Shown here: piece by piece, positions 27,391-37,617 of the stretch | Numbering within the stretch: position 1 is the stretch's first letter | How the letters are laid out: every line of letters begins with the position of its first letter | Sequence record: NC_047838.1 | Strand: one strand, 5' to 3' | DNA: 64,000 nt | The notes under the pieces: generated by a model | Database searches by the model: none | Told to the model about the DNA's origin: nothing | Seen by the model: the letters and a program-made list of their open reading frames with translations, nothing else | Program-made: the position numbers and the translations under genes

Positions 27391-27872
27391 AAATTATTTC
27401 TCACCGAGGTAATATTAAAGGACCTCAACCAGACAAAGAAAATAGACCTAGTTACATCGATTGTGCTATTGGTAATGGATATCAGGTAGAGATTGATGTC
27501 AATCTACGTGATGGTGAACTGTGGTTAGGTCATGATGAACCTCAGTATAAGATCAATCATAAGTGGATTGATGAGAGAGCAGATTATCTGTGGTTGCACT
27601 GCAAGGACTTTGATGCGGCTAGAGAGTGCTGGCAATATCAAGCATTCTGTCACTCTGGTGATCCATTCGTTTACACCTCTAACGGTAAGATCTGGTTGCA
27701 TGGTGAGAATGACAACCTATATACCCTTGACGACATGACTATTATTCCAGTCATTAACGAAGAGGATTCAAAGTCCTTTGGCACTATGTTGCTGAGAGGG
27801 TCTACACAATTTTTTGGAATGCCTTTTGGTGTTTGTACTGACTACCCTGCCATTATTGGAGAATATGTATGA
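27369..27872 (+). CDS. glycerophosphodiester phosphodiesterase-like protein
   Basis: IISHRG, EN, VEIDV, LGHD, VCTD. Confidence 0.7.
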   Translation: MCDRTTLKIISHRGNIKGPQPDKENRPSYIDCAIGNGYQVEIDVNLRDGELWLGHDEPQYKINHKWIDERADYLWLHCKDFDAARECWQYQAFCHSGDPFVYTSNGKIWLHGENDNLYTLDDMTIIPVINEEDSKSFGTMLLRGSTQFFGMPFGVCTDYPAIIGEYV

Positions 27873-28624
27873 GTAAGAAATTTGCGGTTTGTTTTTCTGG
27901 GTATCCTAGATTCGTTAGACAACAATTTAAGAGCATCAAAGAGAACTTCTTAGATGGTCTGGGTGACTATGATGTCTACGCTAAGTTCCAATGGAAAGAC
28001 GATTACGAAAATATTCAGATTCATCATGAGTATGATGATAAGTTTGAGGTCAACGAACTTGAGGACTTCAAAGAACTGTATGCAGACAAACTGAAGAAGA
28101 TTGAGGTTATTGAACCATACAAGTTTGACTTAGAGTTTAGTGACCAGAGTGCTGAAGGAGATATGTTCCTGTCCAAAGAGCAGGCAAAGGATGTTGGATA
28201 TCGAATGAAGTGCCAGTTCCAAGGTATTGCTGACTGTATTGACATCATCGACAATATCGAGGACTATGATTATGTTGTCCGCATGAGGACTGATGTGACC
28301 TTCATGTCTGAGATTGAGATGAAGGACCTTGAGACTGATGTCATCATGAATCAGGATGGTTTTGTTGCTGGTCGTGATCGTCCCTGGTCTGATTGGTTCT
28401 TCATCTCTCCGGTCAAGGATGTTCAGTTCTTTCATGATATGGCAAAGATTGAGGAGCACTTTAGTGGGGGTGTCAGACACACCCATAACGTCCTTGCAGA
28501 GGTCGGACGTAAGTATGGCATGGAATACTTTGAGTTCTATGTTAGAACTCCCACAGCAACTGGTGGTGATATTGGCACACCGTTTAAGAAACAAACTAAC
28601 AAGTATACTGTTATTGCACGATGA
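27869..28624 (+). CDS. putative glycosyltransferase (paralog of 23029)
   Basis: AVCFSGYPRF, YDYVVRMRTD, SDWF. Confidence 0.6.
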   Translation: MSKKFAVCFSGYPRFVRQQFKSIKENFLDGLGDYDVYAKFQWKDDYENIQIHHEYDDKFEVNELEDFKELYADKLKKIEVIEPYKFDLEFSDQSAEGDMFLSKEQAKDVGYRMKCQFQGIADCIDIIDNIEDYDYVVRMRTDVTFMSEIEMKDLETDVIMNQDGFVAGRDRPWSDWFFISPVKDVQFFHDMAKIEEHFSGGVRHTHNVLAEVGRKYGMEYFEFYVRTPTATGGDIGTPFKKQTNKYTVIAR

Positions 28625-29637
28625 CTACAGTTTTTGCCAAGGCACCGTTGCGTTTAGCGATGGCAGGTGGCGGAACTGATCTTCTGCCATACTGGAGACA
28701 TTATGGTGGTGTGGTATTGAATGGGACGATTGACCAGTATGCTTACTGTAAGATTGAACCATACCATGAGTGGTTGTTTAAGAGTGTTGATCTTGAAGAG
28801 GAGGAGGGGTATTTTCCTCTAGGTGATCAGTATGTTGACACAAAATTAAAACTGCTGATCAATACATATCAATACCTTACAAAGGGTATTGATAGGCATC
28901 CTGTTAAGATCACAACATTTGTTGAGGCACCTCCTGGTAGTGGTCTTGGTAGTTCTAGTGCTCTTGTAGTAGCACTTATCTCTGCTATTGCTGAGTATTA
29001 CAGCATCCCTCTAGGCGAATATGATGTTGCAGAGTATGCTGTAGAGATTGAAAGAAATATTTGTAACCTTCCAGGTGGTAAGCAGGATCAATTTGCTGCT
29101 GCATTTGGTGGGTTTAACTTTATTGAGTTCTTGCCTGACGGTAGGACAATTGTGAATCCTTTGAGACTTAATCCAAAGACTCAGAACATGCTTGAGTTGA
29201 GCACGGTCTTGTATTACGTCGGCAAACCAAGGATGGACGAGAGAGTTATTGAGAATACTTCACTTAATCTCCTCAATAACGATGAAGCAACTCTACAAGC
29301 AACACATAGAATCAAATCTGCTGCCATAGAATACAAGAGAAGTCTTCTTCTAGGTGATGTTGATAAGATCTGTGAGACCATGAACACCTATTGGAAGAAC
29401 AAAATTCAGACTAATGAGAAGGTTGTCTCTCCTGAGTTGCTAGATAGTTATGAGTTTGCTCTTAAGAACGGAGCGAAAGCTGCTAAGATATCTGGTGCTG
29501 GTGGCGGTGGTCACATGATTCTCTTCACAGATTTTGAGAGGAGACATCAACTTATTTCTGCTCTGAAAAAGAGAAAGAAGGGAAGAGTGGTGCCATTTAA
29601 GTTCGTCAAACATGGGGTTGATGTATGGAGACCGTAG
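28621..29637 (+). CDS. hddA: D-glycero-alpha-D-manno-heptose 7-phosphate kinase-like GHMP kinase
   Basis: KAPLRLAMAGGGTD, PPGSGLGSSS, GGKQDQ, GAGGGG. Confidence 0.88.
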   Translation: MTTVFAKAPLRLAMAGGGTDLLPYWRHYGGVVLNGTIDQYAYCKIEPYHEWLFKSVDLEEEEGYFPLGDQYVDTKLKLLINTYQYLTKGIDRHPVKITTFVEAPPGSGLGSSSALVVALISAIAEYYSIPLGEYDVAEYAVEIERNICNLPGGKQDQFAAAFGGFNFIEFLPDGRTIVNPLRLNPKTQNMLELSTVLYYVGKPRMDERVIENTSLNLLNNDEATLQATHRIKSAAIEYKRSLLLGDVDKICETMNTYWKNKIQTNEKVVSPELLDSYEFALKNGAKAAKISGAGGGGHMILFTDFERRHQLISALKKRKKGRVVPFKFVKHGVDVWRP

Positions 29638-29975
29638 AACTTCATCCAAAAGGATGGGGATACGAAAAATGGATTGTCAATACTGATGAGTATTGTGGCA
29701 AACTTCTCTTCTTTGAAGAAGGAAAGAGGTGTTCGTGGCACTATCATAAACTGAAAGATGAAACTTTCTATCTTCAGTCTGGTAAGATGTTGCTTTATTA
29801 TGGAGACTCTGACGATCTGAACTTAGCAAAGGACCGTATCTTAGAACCAGGAGACAAGTTTCATATCTACCGTGGATTGAGACATCAGATGGTTGCAGTT
29901 GAACCGTCTGAACTTTTTGAATTTTCAACACAACATTTTGAAGATGATAGTTACAGAGTTATCAAAGGGGACTAA
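29625..29975 (+). CDS. cupin protein (sugar isomerase/epimerase-like)
   Basis: KGWGYEKW, SWHYHKLKDETF, GLRHQM. Confidence 0.75.
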   Translation: METVELHPKGWGYEKWIVNTDEYCGKLLFFEEGKRCSWHYHKLKDETFYLQSGKMLLYYGDSDDLNLAKDRILEPGDKFHIYRGLRHQMVAVEPSELFEFSTQHFEDDSYRVIKGD

Positions 29976-30594
29976 GTTATATCTGCTGGTAGGTGGTCGT
30001 GGAACTAGATTAGCGTCTGTAACTAACGGTAAACCTAAACCTCTTGTAGATATTCAAGAGCAATCATTCCTTGATATTGTTTTAGACAACTTATCTGGGT
30101 TTGATGTCACCTTGATATGCTCTGATTTAAACTACGAATACTTTAAAACTTACCGTAGGTCTGGTTATGAAGTATTCAACGAAGGCATTCCCTCAGGAAC
30201 TGGTGGATTTTTACGGAAAGTAAATCTACCAGATTCTTTTTATGTGATGAATGGTGACACCTTTTTCTCTGGTGATTTGAACCTGGATTGTGATGAGTCA
30301 ACTATCTTTGTTGCTGAAGAAGATGTGACTCATGACGTTGGATACATCCAAGGAGAGGATGGAAAGGTGAAATGTTTTGTAGAAAAGAATCCTGATGCAT
30401 CTGGTAAGGAACTTGTGAGTCTTGGTATCTACAAATTGTTTAAGAAAGATATAGATATTCCGAATAAGTTGCCCGTCAGTATGGAATATGATATACTACC
30501 AAAGATGGAACTATGTTACAAAATTCTAAAGACTAGAAGGTTCGACATCGGAACTCCTGAAAGATTACAAACATTCAAAGACTGGGTATGTTAA
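29944..30594 (+). CDS. hddC: heptose-1-phosphate guanylyltransferase-like nucleotidyltransferase
   Basis: LVGGRGTRL, PKPL, GTGG, NGDTF, FDIGTPE; start at ATG 29944. Confidence 0.75.
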   Translation: MIVTELSKGTKLYLLVGGRGTRLASVTNGKPKPLVDIQEQSFLDIVLDNLSGFDVTLICSDLNYEYFKTYRRSGYEVFNEGIPSGTGGFLRKVNLPDSFYVMNGDTFFSGDLNLDCDESTIFVAEEDVTHDVGYIQGEDGKVKCFVEKNPDASGKELVSLGIYKLFKKDIDIPNKLPVSMEYDILPKMELCYKILKTRRFDIGTPERLQTFKDWVC

Positions 30595-31406
30595 AGATTA
30601 TTGGTGCCACCGGTAATGTTGGCAAAAGACTTTTAGAAAAATCTCTTGATGTTTGGCATGATGATGTAGAAGCGATTGCTACACGTCTTGATAAAGATGA
30701 ATTGGAATATGATTTTGACTCTCTTAATCATGAAGATGTGATTGCTTTTTGTGCAGCAATCTCTGAACCGACTGTTTGTGCTAATAATCCTGAACTGGCT
30801 AGGAAAGTCAACGTAACTAAAACGATTGAGTTTATTGAAAAGTCAACTCAGAGGGGAGCAAGAGTTGTGTTTCTCTCAAGTGATGCGGTGTATGGTAATA
30901 TTGATAATCAATTTGATGAGCAGTGGCATAAAGATCCGATTGGTGTCTATGGTGAGATGAAGTCTGAAGTTGAGGAATATTTCAGAGGAAGTCCTGATGT
31001 CAAAGTGCTTAGGTCATCGTTCAACTTCTTCAAAGAGGATAGATTTACATCGTATCTGCAGAAGTGTGCATTAAATCATGAGGTTGCGGAGGTATTCTCT
31101 CCTTTTGAAAGATCTATTATTCATCGTGATGATACAGTTGATGCTATACTAAGTCTTTCTAGAAACTGGGAGGGTCCTCAGTTCATCAATTGTGGTGGTC
31201 CTCATACTATTTGTAGGTCTGAGTTTGCTCAAATTTTGAAGGAAGAGGTGTTCCCTTCTCTTCAAATTGAGATTGTCAGACCACCTGAAAAATTCTATCA
31301 AGACAGACCTGGCACGGTATCGATGATCTCAAATCCTCTTGTTAATGTGCTTGGCAGACCACAAAGAACGTTGAGAGAGGCAATTCGCATGGAGTTTGAC
31401 GTATGA
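30588..31406 (+). CDS. extended SDR reductase (RmlD-like)
   Basis: GATGNVG, SSDAVY, YGEMK. Confidence 0.75.
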   Translation: MLKIIGATGNVGKRLLEKSLDVWHDDVEAIATRLDKDELEYDFDSLNHEDVIAFCAAISEPTVCANNPELARKVNVTKTIEFIEKSTQRGARVVFLSSDAVYGNIDNQFDEQWHKDPIGVYGEMKSEVEEYFRGSPDVKVLRSSFNFFKEDRFTSYLQKCALNHEVAEVFSPFERSIIHRDDTVDAILSLSRNWEGPQFINCGGPHTICRSEFAQILKEEVFPSLQIEIVRPPEKFYQDRPGTVSMISNPLVNVLGRPQRTLREAIRMEFDV

Positions 31407-32422
31407 AAAGAGTATTGATCACCGGAATCACAGGTCAAGTTGGTTCTCAATTAGCAGATTATATTCTCAATAACACCGATTACGAAGTAGTTGGTATGAT
31501 GCGGTGGCAAGAACCACTTGATAACATCTATCACCTGACTGATCGTATCAATAAGAAAGACAGAATCAGCATTTACTATGCTGATTTGAATGATGGCATG
31601 TCCATCAGGAGAATGATTGAGGAGATTAGACCCGACTATATCTCTCATCTTGCTGCACAGTCATATCCAAAGACATCGTTTGATATTCCTATCGAAACTC
31701 TGCAAACAAACATCATCGGCACCGCTAATTTGCTTGAGGCAATCCGTCAGACACCAAAGTATGACCCTGTGGTGCATGTTTGCTCGTCATCTGAGGTCTA
31801 TGGTAAGACACCGACAGGAGTTGTGCTTAATGAAGACACTCAAATGCATGGAGCAAGTCCATATAGTATCAGCAAAATTGGAACAGATCACCTAGGAAAA
31901 TTCTATGGTGAGGCATATGGTCTGAAAACATTTATGACTCGTATGGGAACTCATACTGGACCTAGAAGGAGTGATGTTTTCTTTGAGAGCACGGTAGCAA
32001 AACAGATTGCTTTGATTGAAGCAGGTTATCAAGAACCTTATGTGTACGTTGGCAACTTGTCCAGCACTAGAACATTTCAAGATGCACGAGATGCGGTAAG
32101 AGCTTACTACCTGTTGCTTGAAGCAAGTGCTGAGGGTAGGATTGCACCAGGAGAACACTTTAATATCGCTGGTGACGAGGCATATAACCTGGAGGATGTT
32201 GTTAACCTGTTGCTGAGTTTTAGCACAAAGAGAGGTATTACAGTCAAAACTGATGTAAATCGTCTGAGACCTATCGATGCAGACTATCAGATGTTTGACA
32301 ACGCTAAAATTAAAAGTGTGATTGATTGGAAACCTGAGATTCCTACCAGACAAATGTTTCTTGATCTTTTAGTCCACTGGAGAGAGCAGATTAAGGGTGG
32401 TCGTGTGCCCCTGAATCGTTGA
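31403..32422 (+). CDS. gmd: GDP-sugar 4,6-dehydratase (Gmd/DmhA-like)
   Basis: TGITGQVG, HLAAQS, SSSEVYG, YSISK, RTFQDARD. Confidence 0.85.
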   Translation: MKRVLITGITGQVGSQLADYILNNTDYEVVGMMRWQEPLDNIYHLTDRINKKDRISIYYADLNDGMSIRRMIEEIRPDYISHLAAQSYPKTSFDIPIETLQTNIIGTANLLEAIRQTPKYDPVVHVCSSSEVYGKTPTGVVLNEDTQMHGASPYSISKIGTDHLGKFYGEAYGLKTFMTRMGTHTGPRRSDVFFESTVAKQIALIEAGYQEPYVYVGNLSSTRTFQDARDAVRAYYLLLEASAEGRIAPGEHFNIAGDEAYNLEDVVNLLLSFSTKRGITVKTDVNRLRPIDADYQMFDNAKIKSVIDWKPEIPTRQMFLDLLVHWREQIKGGRVPLNR

Positions 32423-32447
32423 CTTGAGAGACAATATATACTATGAT
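32419..32447 (+). promoter_or_regulatory. sigma70-type early promoter inside the glycan island
   Basis: TTGACT-17 nt-TATGAT. Confidence 0.7.
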
Positions 32448-32467
32448 TGAAGAAACATATTGTCTGT

Positions 32468-33439
32468 ATGAAAATTGTTATCTGGGGTCATCCCCTTGGG
32501 ACGCATACTCATTCATATTCTAATCACGGATATTACCGAGCATTTAAACAACTAGGACATGATGTCCACTGGTTCCCTGATGAAGAACCACCAGAGGACT
32601 TTGACTTCTCCAACACCATCTTTATTGGTGAGGGAGATAGTGGTGCAAAACATATTCCCATCAACGACACTAGCACATACTTCATGATGTACCTTCCTGA
32701 TCCCAGGAGGTTTGATGGTGTCAAGAATCTAATCGATGTTCGTCTGACTGCAAAGAACTGTAAGGATCACATCTACGACTTCTCATTTGACGCGAGCAAG
32801 TGTAAGTCCATGGGTCCTAGCGTGTGGTTTGAACCTAAGAAAGAAGGTCTCATTCACTTCAAGAACGACTATGTAGACGCAGAGATTCCTGATACAAACA
32901 AGATGTATATCAGTTGGGCAACGGATCTGCTGCCTGATGAGATTGACTTTGATGAGATGTATCGTGAGCGTGAGAAAGCTATCTGGTTCTGTGGAACAAT
33001 CTCACCTCATGGTCAAGCAGAGAACTGGTCTAACTGGGAACCATTTATTGAGCAGTGTTCTAGTCATGGCTTAGATTTTCATTATAACGATGTGTGGCAG
33101 AATCCTTTGTCATTTGCTGATGTAATGGATCTGACCCGTCGATCTATGCTTGGTATCGATATTCGTGGTAAGTGGCACGTAGAGACCCGTGTGGTGACCT
33201 GTCGTGTGTTTAAGAACATCAGTTATGGTCATCTCGGCATGACTAACTCAGAGCAGATCTATCAAGAGATGGATGGCAATATGATTTACAATCCTGATCC
33301 TGCTCAACTATTCCATGATGGAATGAAGAATCGAACCAACTTTGATTTGATTCGTAAAGGTATGCAGTATGTCAAAGAGAATCACACATACATCAATCGT
33401 GCTACCTCCCTGTTGAAAGTATTTGAAGAAGTATCATGA
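32468..33439 (+). CDS. putative glycosyltransferase (GT-B like)
   Basis: HTHSY...RVFKNISYGHLG...HTYINR; start at ATG 32468. Confidence 0.6.
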   Translation: MKIVIWGHPLGTHTHSYSNHGYYRAFKQLGHDVHWFPDEEPPEDFDFSNTIFIGEGDSGAKHIPINDTSTYFMMYLPDPRRFDGVKNLIDVRLTAKNCKDHIYDFSFDASKCKSMGPSVWFEPKKEGLIHFKNDYVDAEIPDTNKMYISWATDLLPDEIDFDEMYREREKAIWFCGTISPHGQAENWSNWEPFIEQCSSHGLDFHYNDVWQNPLSFADVMDLTRRSMLGIDIRGKWHVETRVVTCRVFKNISYGHLGMTNSEQIYQEMDGNMIYNPDPAQLFHDGMKNRTNFDLIRKGMQYVKENHTYINRATSLLKVFEEVS

Positions 33440-34242
33440 ATAAAGCAACTATTGTCTCTGCTCTCTTTAATATTGAGAGAGAGGTTATGGATGGTAGACC
33501 TTGGGAGGAGTATCTTAAATGGTTTGACATCTTTCTGAAACTTAAGACACCGATGGTTCTCTTTGTCACAGAGGACCTTGTGGAGTTTATTGACGAAAGA
33601 CGTAAGGATATTCCAACTAAAGTCATCGTTCAGAAGACAGAAGACATCCCATACTTCTATCTTCATGACCAGATTCAAGAGATTCTTGACTCTGAAGAAT
33701 ACAAAGAGAAGATCTCTGATCCTGATAGGATTGAGTGTAATCATGCTATGTATTCTGTTATTCAGTATTCCAAATTCCCTTGGATGAAGAAAGCAGCAGA
33801 ACTGAATCCACATGACTCTGATGTATTCTTCTGGTTGGATGCTGGTGGATCTAGATTCTTCGGTGACTTTGACCTGAACAAAGAGTTCCCAGGTAAACCC
33901 GCATATGAATCCCTGGAGGAGATGGGTGAAAGTTTCTTGATTCAGATGAATTGTGATTACTACCCTGATCTATTTCAGAAGAAAGAACTCACCCTGTCAT
34001 ACCTCTTTGACAATAGATCATATGTTCTGGGTTCTCTGTTTGGTGGACATAAGAACTCTGTTGCAAAGGTGTGTGATATGGTAGAGGACATTCTGTTGAA
34101 CAGAATGATCAAGAAAGGTAATGTAAATAACGAACAGATTGCTCTAGGATACTTGGTTAAGAAGCATCCTGATGAGTTTTCTGTGTACTCCAGGACGAAT
34201 GGAGAGCACATGGACATCTTTAACGTATTAGCAAGCGAATGA
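33436..34242 (+). CDS. HtrL/YibB-like putative glycosyltransferase
   Basis: YSKF, FFWLDAG, LFGG, NNEQ. Confidence 0.65.
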   Translation: MNKATIVSALFNIEREVMDGRPWEEYLKWFDIFLKLKTPMVLFVTEDLVEFIDERRKDIPTKVIVQKTEDIPYFYLHDQIQEILDSEEYKEKISDPDRIECNHAMYSVIQYSKFPWMKKAAELNPHDSDVFFWLDAGGSRFFGDFDLNKEFPGKPAYESLEEMGESFLIQMNCDYYPDLFQKKELTLSYLFDNRSYVLGSLFGGHKNSVAKVCDMVEDILLNRMIKKGNVNNEQIALGYLVKKHPDEFSVYSRTNGEHMDIFNVLASE

Positions 34243-35192
34243 AAGTAGCAATTGTTGGACCTGGCATCATGCCTATCCCACCTACAGGATGGGGTGCAGT
34301 TGAGATTCTGATCTGGGATCAGAAACTTGCTCTTGAGAAACTGGGTCATGAAGTTCAGATTGTAAATACACCTAACCCTGTTGAAATTATTCAACAGATC
34401 AACGCATATCGACCCGACTTTGTTCATGTTCAGTATGATGACTTTGTTGAGGTTGTTCCCTACATTCAGTATCCTTGTGCGATTACCAGTCACTTTGGAT
34501 ATCTAGAGCAACCAAGTAGGTGGGATTACTATGGTCCTAGGGTAGCAAAGAAATTTGTAGAACTTAAACCAAATGTATTCTGTTTGTCTCAGGGCATTAA
34601 GGATACTTACAATAGTATGATGGGATTTAAAGATGAGAATCTTTTTGTCACACCTAACGGAGTCAACCTCACTAACTTCAAAGTTTCTGACAATCCTGAG
34701 TGTCCTGACAAGTCTATCTACCTTGCTAAGATTGACTATCGTAAGCGTCAGCACATGTTCCAGAGTATTGAGAGTCTGTATTTTGCTGGCAATAATGCAG
34801 ACCCCCGCTTTGATGTAAACACCAGATACCTGGGTGAGTGGTCCAAGGATCACCTCTATAACAACCTGACAGAGTTTGGCAACCTAATCCTACTGAGTGA
34901 TGGTGAAGCACATCCTCTGGTCTGTCTTGAGGCATTTGCTGCAGGTCTTGGTGTGGTTGTAAGTGAGTGGGCTGCTGCCAACCTAGATACTAGTAAGGGA
35001 TTTATCACAGTCATACCCGAATCGAAGATTAGCGATATCGAGTTTGTAGAATCGGAGATTATTAAGAACAGAGAATACTCTGCAGCAAATCGGGAAGAGA
35101 TTCTTGACTATGCAAAAGAGTTTGAATGGTCTAGAATAGTTGATGAATACTATGTGCCCGCGATGAACAAGATTATTGAGAGATATCAATGA
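34239..35192 (+). CDS. GT4-like glycosyltransferase
   Basis: PPTGWGAVE, TPNG, EAHPLVCLEAFAAG. Confidence 0.8.
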   Translation: MKVAIVGPGIMPIPPTGWGAVEILIWDQKLALEKLGHEVQIVNTPNPVEIIQQINAYRPDFVHVQYDDFVEVVPYIQYPCAITSHFGYLEQPSRWDYYGPRVAKKFVELKPNVFCLSQGIKDTYNSMMGFKDENLFVTPNGVNLTNFKVSDNPECPDKSIYLAKIDYRKRQHMFQSIESLYFAGNNADPRFDVNTRYLGEWSKDHLYNNLTEFGNLILLSDGEAHPLVCLEAFAAGLGVVVSEWAAANLDTSKGFITVIPESKISDIEFVESEIIKNREYSAANREEILDYAKEFEWSRIVDEYYVPAMNKIIERYQ

Positions 35193-36763
35193 AGAATCTG
35201 GTTAGTATTTTTGCAGGTCATGATGCAAACATTTCTTTCTATAGTGCAAAGGAAGATAAGTATTACACAATTGAGATTGAGAGACTTGTAAAGAAGAGAT
35301 ATTTTCGTCTGCATGTAGATAATGACGAGCAGACTGTTCGTGATATTCTTTTCGAGTGTAGAAATATTGCTGCCACAGAGTGGGGTATCACTAACGACTA
35401 TGAGACAGTTCTCGTCTCATCTGATGGTTGGATTAGTCCACCATCCATCATCAAAGAGGTGTTCAACACAGAGTCTGTGAAGACTGTTGCCCGACACCAT
35501 GAGACCCATGCTGCTGCAGCATTCTACAAGTCCCCATTTGATGAGGCACTTATCATCTCCTACGATGGTGGTGGCGATGATGGATTCTTTAACGTCTATC
35601 GTGGAGGACCTGATGGTATTGAAAGTTTTGAAAGCATTCAGGCAGACTTTGGTGGTGCCTATCTTTTGTGTGGATCTCTAATTCGTGAGGTAGCAGAGAA
35701 GAGTAGACATCAACTTGCTCTGTCTGGAAAGTTGATGGGTCTCTGTGCATATGGAAACGTCGTAGAGGAATACATTCCTGCATTTGAGAAGTTCTTCTTT
35801 GACAAGGACTACAAGAGACTTGCAGAGGAAACTGGTCTGCCTCTAAAGAATGTTGATGATCCATGGGCAAATCCTCTGGAGAACTGGGTCTTTGAGGGTC
35901 AGCAAGGATACGATATTGCTGCTACGGCACAGCAGGCATTTGAGAATGCATTCTTTACTGTCTTGCAGAGATACGAACCCGATCTTCCCCTGGTCCTTAC
36001 AGGTGGATGTGCCCTTAATGTGCTGGTAAATGAGAAGATCAAACAGGTAAGCACGCGACCTTTGTATGTCCCACCTGATCCCCATGATGGTAGTCTTTCT
36101 TTAGGACACCTGTTCTTGTATAAGAAACCAACCAAGAAAGTAGACATTACATATGCTGGTCTGCCTCTGGTTGACCGACATAGACTGAAGCGTGAGATCA
36201 AAAACTATAATGCCAAGAAGATTACCAAGGCAGATGCTGCTGAACTTCTGAAGCAAGGCAACATTATTGGATTTGTGTATGGAGATTCTGAGGTAGGACC
36301 ACGCGCACTAGGTAATCGTTCTATTGTATGTGACCCTAACATCAAGGAGATGAAGGACATCTTGAATGCTAAGGTCAAGTTCCGTGAATGGTATCGTCCC
36401 TTTGCTCCTTTCTGTAAGAAGGAAGAAGCACACAGATACTTTGACTCACCTAACTTTGAGAACCTTGAGTACATGAGCTATGCTCCTAAGGTTCGTGAAG
36501 AATATATTGAGAAACTGCCATCCATCACTCATGCTGACAATACTGCTAGACTGCAGACTGTCACAGAAGAGTCACACGCACACTTCTATGAGTTGCTTAC
36601 AGAGTTTGGTAAGATCTCAGAGACTAACGTGCTGCTGAATACTTCATTCAACATCAGAGGATTCCCTGTTCTCTCTTCAATTGAGGATGCTTTGTATGCT
36701 CTAAATAACACGCAAATGGATTATGTGGTGATTGAAGATTATCTTTTTGGTAAAGCAGAATGA
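35189..36763 (+). CDS. NodU/CmcH-family carbamoyltransferase
   Basis: GHDA, HHETHAA, DGGGD, GKLMGL, GPRALGNRS, REWYRPFAP, LNTSFN. Confidence 0.92.
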   Translation: MKNLVSIFAGHDANISFYSAKEDKYYTIEIERLVKKRYFRLHVDNDEQTVRDILFECRNIAATEWGITNDYETVLVSSDGWISPPSIIKEVFNTESVKTVARHHETHAAAAFYKSPFDEALIISYDGGGDDGFFNVYRGGPDGIESFESIQADFGGAYLLCGSLIREVAEKSRHQLALSGKLMGLCAYGNVVEEYIPAFEKFFFDKDYKRLAEETGLPLKNVDDPWANPLENWVFEGQQGYDIAATAQQAFENAFFTVLQRYEPDLPLVLTGGCALNVLVNEKIKQVSTRPLYVPPDPHDGSLSLGHLFLYKKPTKKVDITYAGLPLVDRHRLKREIKNYNAKKITKADAAELLKQGNIIGFVYGDSEVGPRALGNRSIVCDPNIKEMKDILNAKVKFREWYRPFAPFCKKEEAHRYFDSPNFENLEYMSYAPKVREEYIEKLPSITHADNTARLQTVTEESHAHFYELLTEFGKISETNVLLNTSFNIRGFPVLSSIEDALYALNNTQMDYVVIEDYLFGKAE

Positions 36764-37617
36764 AATTTGAATTAGGAGATTATACGATTGAGTGTGACAT
36801 AGATCCTACTCAAGAGAACAACGCTAGTGATGAGAGAGTTCCGATTGAGAGTATCGGATTCATCTATAACTGTCTTTTCAAACAGAAGAGAGCATTTGAG
36901 CACTCTGTAGAAGCAATCAGGGAGGTTTATCCTGATGCAAAGATCTATGCTGTCTCTGATGGTGGTCTTGACTACTCATACATGGAGGATGAGAACTTTA
37001 AGTTCTCCATGGAAGAAGATACCGTGTCTGATCTGAAGAAGGTTGGAGGTGAAAACTTCTTAAGTGAAGAGTGTCAGATGTATATTAAGAGAGGCATGGC
37101 AGCAACTCTTGATCGCCTGGAGCGTGGTATCGAATACTGTGGTAATCCAGAGTGGATCTGCATGACAGAACCTGATGTATTGATCCGTGGTAAGTTGACT
37201 GCTCCCGTTAATGGAAAACTCCTTGGATCACGTATCAATTGTGGGTGGAGAACACCAAAAGCACTTGAGCAATTCATGGGTCTCAACGAAGTGATTGCTG
37301 AAGTCGAGGGATCTATTCCAGTTCTGAGATGGGGTGCTGTTCCTGTAGTATTTCATACAGAAACTTTTCTGAAAGCACTTAAAATATACAAAGAAAACTT
37401 TAATATTGTAGACAAGTTCTCTGAGAAACATTACTCACCAGGCACCTTTGACTTGTTTATTGGTCTGGTCTTTGCTTTAATTGGTGAACCAGAAGTCTTT
37501 AACTCTGAGGTAACTGAGTGTCTTAGAAACCCTGGATGGCAGACATCAGGTCATCCAATTGTCCATCAATACAGAGAATATTACGAACAAAGCGATTTTT
37601 ACGGAGTACCAGCATGA
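36760..37617 (+). CDS. hypothetical protein, possible glycosyltransferase
   Basis: In the glycan operon; EPDV motif in a GT-A-like position. Confidence 0.5.
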   Translation: MKFELGDYTIECDIDPTQENNASDERVPIESIGFIYNCLFKQKRAFEHSVEAIREVYPDAKIYAVSDGGLDYSYMEDENFKFSMEEDTVSDLKKVGGENFLSEECQMYIKRGMAATLDRLERGIEYCGNPEWICMTEPDVLIRGKLTAPVNGKLLGSRINCGWRTPKALEQFMGLNEVIAEVEGSIPVLRWGAVPVVFHTETFLKALKIYKENFNIVDKFSEKHYSPGTFDLFIGLVFALIGEPEVFNSEVTECLRNPGWQTSGHPIVHQYREYYEQSDFYGVPA

